This document shows positions 10,674-19,759 of a stretch of 64,000 bases of DNA, piece after piece. Source of the stretch: an uncultured Thermoplasmata archaeon (GTDB taxonomy: Archaea > Thermoplasmatota > Thermoplasmata > UBA10834); assembly GCA_963719945.1 (NCBI GenBank), contig CAVRDX010000001.1, forward strand, positions 224,001-288,000, given 5' to 3'. Both the position numbers and the translations under genes were made by a program. The notes beneath the pieces were generated by a model that was not told the origin of the DNA, made no database searches, and was given only the letters and a program-made list of their open reading frames with translations. Numbering within the stretch: position 1 is the stretch's first letter; each line of letters begins with the position of its first letter.

Positions 10674-10724
10674 CGATAATCTGAAAAGTGATTATCGAGG
10701 CCGGGCGGAAGACCGCACCGGCCT
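10674..10724 (-). terminator. Two adjacent inverted repeats between the MttB paralogues (hairpin/terminator plus possible operator)
   Basis: CGATAATC-N8-GATTATCG at 10674-10697, and the GC stem AGGCCGG/GCGG-AAGA-CCGC/CCGGCCT at 10698-10724. Confidence 0.5.
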
Positions 10725-10733
10725 TGAATAGGT

Positions 10734-12212
10734 TTAGTATGTCTTGGACTCGCCGCCCCACATGCCCTTCTTGGTGCTCTCGATGATGGCATCGATCTTC
10801 TTCTGCTTGTCCGCATCGAGTGCCGGGACCTTGTGGTCCTTGAGGATCGCTTTGACCCTGTCCCTGGCGGAGTCTCTGAGAGACTTCGATCCAGAGGTGG
10901 ACCATGCATCGTACGAGCGCCTGTCTATGAGCGTCGGTCTGAAGTGCTCCGACTTGAGATGGTCGACAGTGTGTCTTTGGGCAAGGTAGTTCTTACCCAC
11001 TCCGACCTTCTCGATCACATCGAGCGGTACTGTGTCGTCATCTGCCCACTCGCCTCGTATGAGCCTCTTTATCGAGCCAACGACCTCGTTGTCCATGACA
11101 ATCTGTTCATAGTGCAGGCAGCTGGAATCCTCCAACAGTCCGACACCACACATCAGGTCTGCACCCGCGAGCAGCGGACCGACGCAACCAGTGTAGTACT
11201 CCAGGACCGACTGGTCACCGGGCACCTTCGCGGTTGCCGATACACCGACGCAGGAGGGCATTCCATAGTAGTGCGCTAGCTCAGTCGCCATCGCGGATGA
11301 GATCGAGTGCTCAGGGCTTCCGCCAGCTCTGATCGTCGTCCTCATGTCTAGCGGTGCGTTACCCATACCGTATATCACGGCTGCTCCGGGTGTCGCCAGC
11401 TGGATCATGGTCAGAGCGCTGAGAACCTCAGCGTTGCCCACTGCGAGTGAACCGACGAGCGTCGCCGGGCCTGTCGCACCTGGCTGTGGCATTCCGAAGA
11501 AGACGAGCGGAACTCCCGCTTCGGCAAAGTGCAGGCTCGCGTCCATGACTCCTGCATCGTGCTGGAGCGGAGCGTATGTGCACTGCAGGCACGATGTGAT
11601 CGGCCTGTTCCTGTACTCCTTCTCGCCGCCAGCTGCTGCGTAGCCCATCTCGGTCAGGTGCTTCGCATCTGACAGTGTCACACCAGTCTCGTACATGACG
11701 TGCTTCTCTGTGTTGTTGAGAGACGCGTCAAGGTCGTGAAGGTGGACGGAAGCCGGGTCCTGATCCGTCGAACTGACCATTGGCCAGTGGATATGGACGT
11801 TCTCCAGAGCGTCGATGATCCTCGACGAGTTCACGACATCCTGCTTTGTCGAGCCCCTTCTCTCTCCGGTCTCGAAGTCGACTGTAACTGCACCGTTGCC
11901 ATTCGCCGTTATGTGGCTGTGGTTCATGTCCAGTTTCGCATCGTACTTCGGGTTCCTTCCTGCGAGAGTGATGGAAGTCTTCTTCTTCACCAGTGCTTCC
12001 TCGATCAGATGAGACGGTATCTTTGCGATACGGGTACTCTCATCGACCACGCAGCCGTTGTCCTTCAACAGCTTCCTGCACGTTGGACTGTCGACCTGCA
12101 CACCTATCTTCTCGAGTATGTGTAGTGTGCTCCAATGAATCCTATCCAAATCCTCATCGCTGAGGATCTGGAATTGGATGCCCCTCTTGATTCCGTAGGC
12201 CATGGACTTCAC
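10734..12212 (-). CDS. Trimethylamine methyltransferase (MttB) superfamily, non-pyrrolysine member
   Basis: Paralogue of 9178..10620: YAPLQH, GATGPATLVGS and AKVPGDQSVLEY..LAGADLMCGVGLLE; Tyr at the Pyl-equivalent position. Confidence 0.93.
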   Translation of the reverse strand: MKSMAYGIKRGIQFQILSDEDLDRIHWSTLHILEKIGVQVDSPTCRKLLKDNGCVVDESTRIAKIPSHLIEEALVKKKTSITLAGRNPKYDAKLDMNHSHITANGNGAVTVDFETGERRGSTKQDVVNSSRIIDALENVHIHWPMVSSTDQDPASVHLHDLDASLNNTEKHVMYETGVTLSDAKHLTEMGYAAAGGEKEYRNRPITSCLQCTYAPLQHDAGVMDASLHFAEAGVPLVFFGMPQPGATGPATLVGSLAVGNAEVLSALTMIQLATPGAAVIYGMGNAPLDMRTTIRAGGSPEHSISSAMATELAHYYGMPSCVGVSATAKVPGDQSVLEYYTGCVGPLLAGADLMCGVGLLEDSSCLHYEQIVMDNEVVGSIKRLIRGEWADDDTVPLDVIEKVGVGKNYLAQRHTVDHLKSEHFRPTLIDRRSYDAWSTSGSKSLRDSARDRVKAILKDHKVPALDADKQKKIDAIIESTKKGMWGGESKTY

Positions 12213-12841
12213 CCGACAAGCTTCCTGGCGACATCGACCGCGCTGGAAGCGTCACCGCTGTATCCCTCGGCTCCGATCTCCTTCGCGTAGACGTCGGTGA
12301 CAGGTGCACCGCCAATCAATGCCTTGATTGGAAGGTTCTTCTGCTTGATTGGTCCTATGACTTCGGCCATTCTGGGCATTGTCGTGGTCATCAGGGCAGA
12401 CATCGCAACCATCTTTGGCTTCAGTTCCTCCGCCTTCTTGACGAATTCTGCTGATGCAACGTTCACTCCAAGGTCAACGACCTCGAATCCGTTCGCGGAC
12501 AGCATCGTTGCCACGAGGTTCTTGCCGATTTCGTGAATATCGTCCTGGACTGTGCCGATGACAACCAAGCCCGCACTGGCCCTGTGCTTCCCCGACGGAA
12601 CTGCGGGTTCAAGCACGGCCAACGCAGCCTTCATGGCCTCTGCGCCCATGACGAGTTCTGGTAGGAATATTTCTCCCTTGCCGAATCTCTCGCCAACGAC
12701 TTTTATTCCTTCCGCCAAGCCCTTCTCAATGGCGACGAGCGGGTCGACGCCTTCCGCGAGCGACTTCTTCGCCAGATCAGCAATCGTCTCCATCTCGTAG
12801 TTTATCACTGCGTTCTTAAGCCGTGTTACTGCATCTTCCAT
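12209..12841 (-). CDS. Methyltransferase cognate corrinoid protein (MttC/MtgC-like)
   Basis: B12 cap (IFLPELVMGAEAM), DIHEIG (DxHxxG), SALMTTTM and IGGAP. Start placed at ATG 12841, after GGGGGT. Confidence 0.95.
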   Translation of the reverse strand: MEDAVTRLKNAVINYEMETIADLAKKSLAEGVDPLVAIEKGLAEGIKVVGERFGKGEIFLPELVMGAEAMKAALAVLEPAVPSGKHRASAGLVVIGTVQDDIHEIGKNLVATMLSANGFEVVDLGVNVASAEFVKKAEELKPKMVAMSALMTTTMPRMAEVIGPIKQKNLPIKALIGGAPVTDVYAKEIGAEGYSGDASSAVDVARKLVG

Positions 12842-13138
12842 TGGTTTTACCCCCAATTGGTTTCCTTCCAGGACTTTTGTTCCGGTCGGATTTTCCAGCT
12901 CGGTTTTAAGAGCGATTCATCTCCAAGACAAATCCCCTTCTCCGATTGAACCGGCATACTCGATACCCTAATTAAGTTTTCTGCTATTTCGAGGCATTTC
13001 TCTACCAAACACTATACAAATGTCAATATTATGCTCTTATGGCCCGATAGCAACCCGTTCATCCGTACATGAGCGTCAAGGGAGATCGTCACGCGAAAGG
13101 CATGATTCGCGAATGATGGCACAACTATCGAAAAGTCA

Positions 13139-13154
13139 TCCAGATGTTTCTGGC
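13139..13154. promoter_or_regulatory. Putative regulator site TCCAGATGTTTCTGGC (copy 1)
   Basis: 15/16 identical to 19744-19759; near-palindromic; upstream of a + strand gene. Confidence 0.45.
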
Positions 13155-13225
13155 CTAGTGCTCATGAATTACCCAAAACTATTTCTCGGAAAAGGCGTTC
13201 ACCCCTTTCATAGGAGGCGAAAAAT

Positions 13226-14119
13226 TTGCCTTGTGCAGTTGTGCCAGTTATTGAGCTGAAGGGTACGGCAAAGACAGTGAAGATTGGAGCCACGAAGACC
13301 CCGGTTCTGGTGGGCGAGAGAATAAACCCTACCAACCGTAAGGACTTGATCGCCAAGCTGAAAGCCGGCGAGTTTGGAGTTCTTGAGATGGAGGCCAAGA
13401 GGCAAATTGAGGCGGGTGCGGATATCCTGGATATCAACGTGGGTGTCCCTGGAATAGATGAGAAGCACGCCATGCTCGAAGCCATCAGGATCGTCCAGGA
13501 ATCAGTTGATGTTCCTCTTTGGATAGACACATCCGATCCAGCGGTCCTCGAAGTCGCTCTCAAAACGGTAAAGGGTCGCGTTGGGATCAACTCCACCACT
13601 GGGGAAGAGAAGAGGATGGACGCAGTCATACCTCTCGCAGCTCAGTACGATGCTGCATTGGTCGGACTCTGCATCGACGATTCTGGGATCCCTCAGACCT
13701 CTGAGAAGAGGGTGGCGATCGCCAGGAAGATCATCGACCGTGCTGAGCGTGCCGGTCTCGACAGGAAGAACCTTATGATCGATTGCGTCGCCCTTGCGTG
13801 CGGAACCAACGACCAGGGTGCCAAGGCTACACTCGACACCATACGCATCGTGACCGAGGAACTAGGCGTGAACACTACGCTCGGACTCAGCAATGTATCG
13901 TTCGGATTGCCAGACAGGCCCAAGCTCAACGCAGCTTTCATGCTCATGTGCGCGGGACAGGGCATGACCAGCTTCATCGGCAACCCTCTGGATCCCAACA
14001 TGCAGCTTGCAACCAAATCGTCCAAGCTGTTCTGGGGCGAGGACAAGTTCGCGATGGGCTACCTTACATTCTACAGGAAGATGCAGCAGGCCCAGGCCGC
14101 TGCAGCTGAGAAGAAGTGA
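13226..14119 (+). CDS. Methylcorrinoid:tetrahydrofolate/pterin methyltransferase (AcsE/MtgA/MetH pterin-binding family)
   Basis: GERINPT, DINVG, WIDT, GINS and GLSNVSFGLPDR..LN; TTG start after AGGAGG; divergent from the corrinoid protein gene. Confidence 0.88.
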   Translation: MPCAVVPVIELKGTAKTVKIGATKTPVLVGERINPTNRKDLIAKLKAGEFGVLEMEAKRQIEAGADILDINVGVPGIDEKHAMLEAIRIVQESVDVPLWIDTSDPAVLEVALKTVKGRVGINSTTGEEKRMDAVIPLAAQYDAALVGLCIDDSGIPQTSEKRVAIARKIIDRAERAGLDRKNLMIDCVALACGTNDQGAKATLDTIRIVTEELGVNTTLGLSNVSFGLPDRPKLNAAFMLMCAGQGMTSFIGNPLDPNMQLATKSSKLFWGEDKFAMGYLTFYRKMQQAQAAAAEKK

Positions 14120-14135
14120 GAGATGCGCGAGATGA

Positions 14136-14175
14136 AAACCCCTTACAGAAACTCATTCCATACCATTATTCTCGA
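14136..14175 (+). terminator. Putative terminator AAACCCC..CAGAAAC..CATTATT
   Basis: 17 nt after the stop; resembles 25410-25445. Confidence 0.4.
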
Positions 14176-14236
14176 TAGCATCCGACATCTGCTAACCCAT
14201 GGTCGGTTGACCATCGTCAAAATGCGAGGATGTTGT

Positions 14237-15991
14237 CTATCTCCTTCTCATCTTCGGATTCAGCACATCATCAAGGGCGTATCCGACCAGTGAGAACGAC
14301 AGCACCATTATCACGATGGCTCCTCCAGGCGGCAGTATCCACCACCACGCCCGTGAGCTGAACGCACTGAAATTGTACGCGCCCTCGAGCATGGCTCCCC
14401 AGCTGATCACATCCGGATCACCCAGGCCAAAGAAGTCCAGGAACGCTTCGGAGAATATTGCAAGCGATATCAAGAGGACCGTGTTCGCGAAGATCAGCGG
14501 AAGCACGTTTGGCAGAATATGTTTGCCAATTATGTGCGCATCCCCGGCGCCGATCGCTCTTGCCCTCTCGATGAACTGACGCTCCTTGATCGTCAGGACC
14601 TGCGACCTGACTATTCTTGCCGTCGACGGCCAGCTCGTGATGCCGATGACCAATATGACCCAAATGAACTTGGAGCCAAGGATGGCCATCATGACGATCA
14701 TGAGAGGGAACCACGGGAGAACCAGGAAGAAGTCCGTGATCCTCATCAAGAGTTCCTGCACCGCTCGGCCGAAGTACCCAGCGGCGAGCCCGATCCCCGC
14801 ACCGAGCGCGACCGAGATGAGTGTGGCGACGATCCCGACGATAAGCGATGCTCTCGTGCCGTACAAGGTCATGCTGTATATGTCTCGGCCGACGTTATCT
14901 GTACCTAATGGGTGCAGCTGGCCTGTATATGGCGAAGGATCAAGGATGGATGGCGGCAGTGGGTTGTACCAGCCATCATCTATCACGTTCATTTCGTAAT
15001 TGTTCGTGTTGTTCGGATCAGGAACTGTCGATATGTATGGTGCTAGGATTGCCAGTACGACGAAACCTATCAGAACCAGGAACCCACTGAAACCGATGCT
15101 ATTGGATCTGAATATCTTCCAAGTCTTCCTAAAATCCGCCAGCCTGAGTCTGAGTTTCTCCTTGTCTGTGCTGGTCATCAGAGTATGGTCCTTGCGCCAC
15201 TTCTTGATTATCAAGAATGCAGCAACCGCGATGATCGTGGCGCTGATCGCGATCTTGAGCCAGTTCTCTTCCAGCCATGTAGGCGGTGACTTCACTGCGA
15301 TGGTTATTGCCGTTTCGTTCGAATTGCCACCGAGGTCTGTCACACGCAACCTGATCTCGTAGATGCCCGTTTGATTGAACCAATACTTCCAGGATGGGAC
15401 ATCGTAGGTGTCTATGACCTCGCCATTCCGTGAGACTGTCCACTCGTATTCCACAATCATGCTGTTGTCACTGGACGATCTGCTCGCATTGAATGTTACG
15501 TTCGAATACACTTGGACCGTCATGTTGACGTGACCGATGTTCACAACTGGCGGCTCAGTATCCAGTGCAACGGTCACGGAGACAGTGTCAATGTCCCAGT
15601 TCCCTTCTGCATCGGTGACATTGAGCGTCACCACATAGGTCCCGATATACAGGAATGTGTAACTCACGACCTCCCCGTATAGGACCCGTTCCACTCCATC
15701 GAAGAACGACCATGTGAAGTTGACTATATCCACATCATCGGATGATCGCGCAGCCGACAGGGTGACTTTCATCTCGACATAAGTCGATACATCGGCGCCA
15801 GCATTCGCGATCGGCGGAGTCACATCCTGCAGATATGAGGTGCTTACGCACTCCTGGTCATTCCTGTCGGTGACGCTGCAACTGAGGATGGTGATTGTGA
15901 TGACTGAAAGCAGCAGCATCATCGATAATGTCGCTGCGAATCTGCTGGGACTTTTGCCCTTCATCCCATGATTTCGATTTTCATGAACCAT
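14237..15991 (-). CDS. Peptide ABC transporter permease OppC/DppC fused to two N-terminal PKD domains
   Basis: C-terminus has HPLGTDNVGRD, GTRASL and the EAA loop (FIERARAIGA..HILPN). N-terminus has a hydrophobic segment, two PKD-like units and one TM helix. Confidence 0.9.
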   Translation of the reverse strand: MVHENRNHGMKGKSPSRFAATLSMMLLLSVITITILSCSVTDRNDQECVSTSYLQDVTPPIANAGADVSTYVEMKVTLSAARSSDDVDIVNFTWSFFDGVERVLYGEVVSYTFLYIGTYVVTLNVTDAEGNWDIDTVSVTVALDTEPPVVNIGHVNMTVQVYSNVTFNASRSSSDNSMIVEYEWTVSRNGEVIDTYDVPSWKYWFNQTGIYEIRLRVTDLGGNSNETAITIAVKSPPTWLEENWLKIAISATIIAVAAFLIIKKWRKDHTLMTSTDKEKLRLRLADFRKTWKIFRSNSIGFSGFLVLIGFVVLAILAPYISTVPDPNNTNNYEMNVIDDGWYNPLPPSILDPSPYTGQLHPLGTDNVGRDIYSMTLYGTRASLIVGIVATLISVALGAGIGLAAGYFGRAVQELLMRITDFFLVLPWFPLMIVMMAILGSKFIWVILVIGITSWPSTARIVRSQVLTIKERQFIERARAIGAGDAHIIGKHILPNVLPLIFANTVLLISLAIFSEAFLDFFGLGDPDVISWGAMLEGAYNFSAFSSRAWWWILPPGGAIVIMVLSFSLVGYALDDVLNPKMRRR

Positions 15992-16001
15992 TCCATCACC
16001 C

Positions 16002-16985
16002 TCAGATCTTGACCCTCGGGTCAAGGTAGAAATATACAATGTCCGCGATCAGATTTGCCACCAATACTGCAACTGCCATCAGAAGGAAGAGTGCCTGTAG
16101 CAACGGGTAGTCGAGGCTCACAACAGCGTCCCATGTGAGCTTTCCCAGCCCGTCGTACGAGAACACCATCTCGACCATTATCGTTCCTCCGAGTACCCAT
16201 CCCACGCTTATGGCCATGACAGTTACGACGGGCAGCAGTGCATTCTTCATCGCGTGCTCATTCAATATGTTCTTGTTGCTCACTCCTTTTGCTCTTGCAG
16301 TTATTATGTAATCTTCAGTAAGGACATCCGTCAGCGAGTTCCTCATTATGAGGGCGAATTCCGCCATTATCTCTAGAGTGAATGCGATGACTGGCAGAAT
16401 AAGGTGGTAACCTCGATCGAGTATTTTCTCCCATAAGTTCATGTCTGTATAGCCTGGGCCATATGCCCCACGTAACGGGAACCATCCCAGGTATCCAGAG
16501 AAGATCATCAGGAGAATCAGTGCGAACAGGAAGGTGGGCATCGAATAGAATATGAGCGCGAATCCCATGCTCGCCGCATCAGCTGCTTTTCCTCTCCTCC
16601 AGGCAGCGAACTTACCAATCATCACTCCCAGATATATCGCGAGTCCAGTTCCTATGCCTACCAACAGGACTGTGTTGAATATCTTCGGTCCCAGACCATC
16701 AGATATCTCGCTGTTCTTCCAGACTCCGGTGCTGACTCCGAAATCGCCAGAGAATATCTGGATGATGTAGTAGTATAATTGGTCCAGCAGCGGATCGTTG
16801 AGGTGAAACCTTTCTCTAATGATATTCTTCAACACCTCGTCCCCGCTCTTGGGGACAAGTACCGCAGCCGGATCTCCAGGCATTATCCTGAACAGGAAGA
16901 AGTTGAAGGCTATGATGGCGAACAGCGTGATTATGAGATAAATGACCTTTCTGATGACATACGATCGCATATCCACTGGAATCAT
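16002..16985 (-). CDS. Peptide ABC transporter permease OppB/DppB
   Basis: MPGDPA, GDFGVS, EAA loop DYIITARAKG and VEMVFSYDGLG; start may be 16976 or 16970. Confidence 0.95.
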   Translation of the reverse strand: MIPVDMRSYVIRKVIYLIITLFAIIAFNFFLFRIMPGDPAAVLVPKSGDEVLKNIIRERFHLNDPLLDQLYYYIIQIFSGDFGVSTGVWKNSEISDGLGPKIFNTVLLVGIGTGLAIYLGVMIGKFAAWRRGKAADAASMGFALIFYSMPTFLFALILLMIFSGYLGWFPLRGAYGPGYTDMNLWEKILDRGYHLILPVIAFTLEIMAEFALIMRNSLTDVLTEDYIITARAKGVSNKNILNEHAMKNALLPVVTVMAISVGWVLGGTIMVEMVFSYDGLGKLTWDAVVSLDYPLLQALFLLMAVAVLVANLIADIVYFYLDPRVKI

Positions 16986-17112
16986 CTCCCCCTGCGGATC
17001 GATTCTCTGGACATCGATGGCTCCCTTCCCACGCCATCTACATCTCGGCTACGAACAGTTACCAGTTTGTCACGCGTGCTTATCGCATCCCTTGCATGAT
17101 TGAAAGCGGAAA

Positions 17113-17128
17113 GGGGGTATGTACCCCC
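17113..17128 (-). terminator. GC hairpin downstream of the solute-binding protein gene
   Basis: GGGGGTA-CA-TACCCCC followed by TTT on the minus strand, about 10 nt after the stop. Confidence 0.55.
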
Positions 17129-17138
17129 GAATTCGTTT

Positions 17139-19103
17139 TCATTCTCCCAGCGGGCTGTCGTCTTTCTTCTTACCACCTTTATTTTTCTTCATCATAGTCA
17201 TGGCCACTATCACAGCCACTACCGCGACAACTGCTCCTATTCCTATCGCGACATACATGATGTCGATTGGTTTCTTTTCCACAGGCTCGAGTGCCTCCAG
17301 ATCGAAGAAGAGCGGGTTTCCTGTCCAGAAGGCATCCATGCTTCTTCCTGGGTTAGCTTCCCAGTCTCCCCAGCCCTCGAAAGTATCCGTCCTCCATGCG
17401 TATGTCTGATACGGATAGGCCAATAGGATGTAGCCTGCATCCTCATAGTTGATCCTCTGGCAGTTATCGACGTAGATCTTCCTCTGGGCTGGATCGAGTT
17501 CGGAGATCGACAGCGTGTAATTCTCCTCATACCCTGGAGTCGAGTACAGGTTGTCATTCCAGCCGTTCCATGCGCGATATGATTGGCAGAACAGCATGAA
17601 GTTCGGGTCCGGATCCGCGCTCCAGTACCAGATCATGGTGTCATATGCATATGCATAGACTTGTGTGCCTAGTTGTGCCTCGGTCATGTAATCTGGCACC
17701 AGTTCGATTCCTATCTGCTTCCATTGATCCACCAGGTACTTCGCAATCAGTGTCTCCTCTGGGAACTCTATCCGAATCAACATCTCGAACGAGAGCTGTC
17801 TATCCGGCGTGACCCATCCTTCCTGTACTGCTAGGCTGTCCGCCGTAGCGACCCTGTAAGTGGCACTCGCACTTGGATATCTATAACCTGCATCCTCAAG
17901 CATCTGTGCCGCTGCGTCCATATCGAAATCGTATAGTTCATCCGCAGTCGGCTCATAGTGCCACTCCTCGTTCACAGGTGATATCAGAGTAGTGCCCACA
18001 TCTGCATAGCCGAGATAGTACTGGTCCACAATGGTTTCCTTATCAGTGGCCATTGCAAGAGCCTGCCTAACTGCAGGATCGAGTCTTGCCTGGTTCGGAC
18101 CCGCAGTGTTCATGTTGAACCCTATCTCGGTCCAGTACTGTGTGCACTTCAGACCGTCGTAAGTCTCTATGTTCTTCAGGGTTCCAGCATCCACGCTCTG
18201 CTTGATGGTGTGATATTCTGATGGCGGGAATTGCGCGATGTCCAGCTCACCGTTCTTCAAGGCGAGACTCATCGCAGTCGCATCATCATAGAAGTACATG
18301 ACAATCTTATCGAAGCTGACATTCAGTCCCTTGTCATCCTGCCAGTGGTAGTTCGGATTCCTGAAAAGCGTTATGTGATCTCCCTCGAAGTACTCGGCTG
18401 CGATGTCAGGACCTGCCATGAACGGTCCCGTTCCGACAATCGGTATACCTCCGTCCTCGAAGTACCCTGTCCATGTGAATGCGATATCTGCCGAAGACAT
18501 CGACTGGAGCTTGTGACGCGGAAGCATCGGGACGCAGATCAGCTCAGCATATGCGGCGACCATCGGCTCATCGGTGTCTCTGTCGAAGAAGTGGATTCTG
18601 ATGGTGTCGTCATCGACAGCTTCTGCATATTGCATGAAGTATGCATATGGTTGGTATGCCCACCACAGATCGTACTGCTGACCGTTCTGGTCGATCGTCC
18701 AAACCGCGTCTTCTGCAGTGAATGGTTCTCCATCATGCCACATCGCGTTCTGGGTCAAATCGAATTCCCAGACTGACCCATATGGTTCACCACTAGCAAT
18801 CATATCGGGATCGCTGAGCGGAACAATCCTCCAATCGGTTGCAAGATTCCCCACAGTCTCGTAGTCATCCCCGACCGAGTGAAGTGCGTCATAGACCAAT
18901 CCATAGAACACGTAGGCTGCATCTGTCAGCCCCATCAATGGATTCAAGCTGTCGATACGCTGCATGAATCCGATCCTAAGTTCGGTTTCGACCACTTCGG
19001 TATCTTCCGAATTCGCAGCACCCATAACACTGGTAACCGGAAGCGCCAATATGGTCGCCAAAAGCAAGACTGCACACAAAGATGGAACTCTAGTTCTCTT
19101 CAT
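17139..19103 (-). CDS. Family 5 (oligopeptide) ABC solute-binding protein, C-terminally membrane anchored
   Basis: Signal peptide, WHDGEPFTAEDA, VGTGPF, RNPNY, VRQALAMATDK, and a C-terminal TM with a Lys tail. ORF could extend to 19133. Confidence 0.93.
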   Translation of the reverse strand: MKRTRVPSLCAVLLLATILALPVTSVMGAANSEDTEVVETELRIGFMQRIDSLNPLMGLTDAAYVFYGLVYDALHSVGDDYETVGNLATDWRIVPLSDPDMIASGEPYGSVWEFDLTQNAMWHDGEPFTAEDAVWTIDQNGQQYDLWWAYQPYAYFMQYAEAVDDDTIRIHFFDRDTDEPMVAAYAELICVPMLPRHKLQSMSSADIAFTWTGYFEDGGIPIVGTGPFMAGPDIAAEYFEGDHITLFRNPNYHWQDDKGLNVSFDKIVMYFYDDATAMSLALKNGELDIAQFPPSEYHTIKQSVDAGTLKNIETYDGLKCTQYWTEIGFNMNTAGPNQARLDPAVRQALAMATDKETIVDQYYLGYADVGTTLISPVNEEWHYEPTADELYDFDMDAAAQMLEDAGYRYPSASATYRVATADSLAVQEGWVTPDRQLSFEMLIRIEFPEETLIAKYLVDQWKQIGIELVPDYMTEAQLGTQVYAYAYDTMIWYWSADPDPNFMLFCQSYRAWNGWNDNLYSTPGYEENYTLSISELDPAQRKIYVDNCQRINYEDAGYILLAYPYQTYAWRTDTFEGWGDWEANPGRSMDAFWTGNPLFFDLEALEPVEKKPIDIMYVAIGIGAVVAVVAVIVAMTMMKKNKGGKKKDDSPLGE

Positions 19104-19247
19104 CCCCACGTTATTTCCCCCACACTTGAGCATGTCCAGACCGCTCCCACATGGGTCTGGTTCGACATCTCGGATATGTTACCTTATCCAAAGCCGTGGT
19201 GTTTCAAAGTCCCCACTTCTTACACCTAACGACTATGGCTGGTTTGA

Positions 19248-19264
19248 TTGACATTGAATGTCAA
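19248..19264. promoter_or_regulatory. Perfect palindrome TTGACATT-G-AATGTCAA, putative operator of the peptide ABC operon
   Basis: 8-1-8 inverted repeat just downstream of a minus-strand TATA (about 19271-19278); partial second copy TGACATTGAAT at 19284-19294. Confidence 0.55.
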
Positions 19265-19743
19265 GCGTGGTATAAGAATATTGTGACATTGAATCGACAT
19301 CTTCTCATATCATTCAAGTCTGGTGCAGAATTCCGAAACGATATTTCAAAACATGCAATTAGTTTCACGTATCAATGAATATTGGTGAGTCAAACGTCAG
19401 GCTCGTTTCGATGGCCGAAACGATTTTGTGAATCGAGTCCTCGATATTGGACATCTATTCCATCCGCTCAGAATGATCCTCAACTCATTTTCTCTGCTTC
19501 CGTTAATGACCCGCGATGGATTCTCATTCGTTCGAATCTCGTTCGTCATTTTAGATCATTACTGTGGCTCTCCATTCGATTCCCGATGCACTGTCGACAT
19601 GGTCGAGGCGATGCGAAAATCCGTTCAGATGCGCTCCGTAATCTACTTTGCAGGGGAAGTCATAATTCGACAAGCGATGCTTCATTCGACGGATTTCTCG
19701 AAATTTTGACAACTAGTATTAAACTGATTCAGGAAGAATAACG

Positions 19744-19759
19744 TCCAGATGTATCTGGC
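19744..19759. promoter_or_regulatory. Putative regulator site TCCAGATGTATCTGGC (copy 2)
   Basis: CCAGAT-GT-ATCTGG palindrome about 23 bp upstream of TATAAATA (19782-19789) of the giant surface-protein gene. Confidence 0.5.

Noticed and set aside
9178-12212. Pyrrolysine read-through or methanogenesis
   Set aside because: Neither MttB gene has an in-frame TAG, and no pyl, mcr or mtbA gene is in the window. The TAC at the Pyl site being one base from TAG is not evidence on its own.
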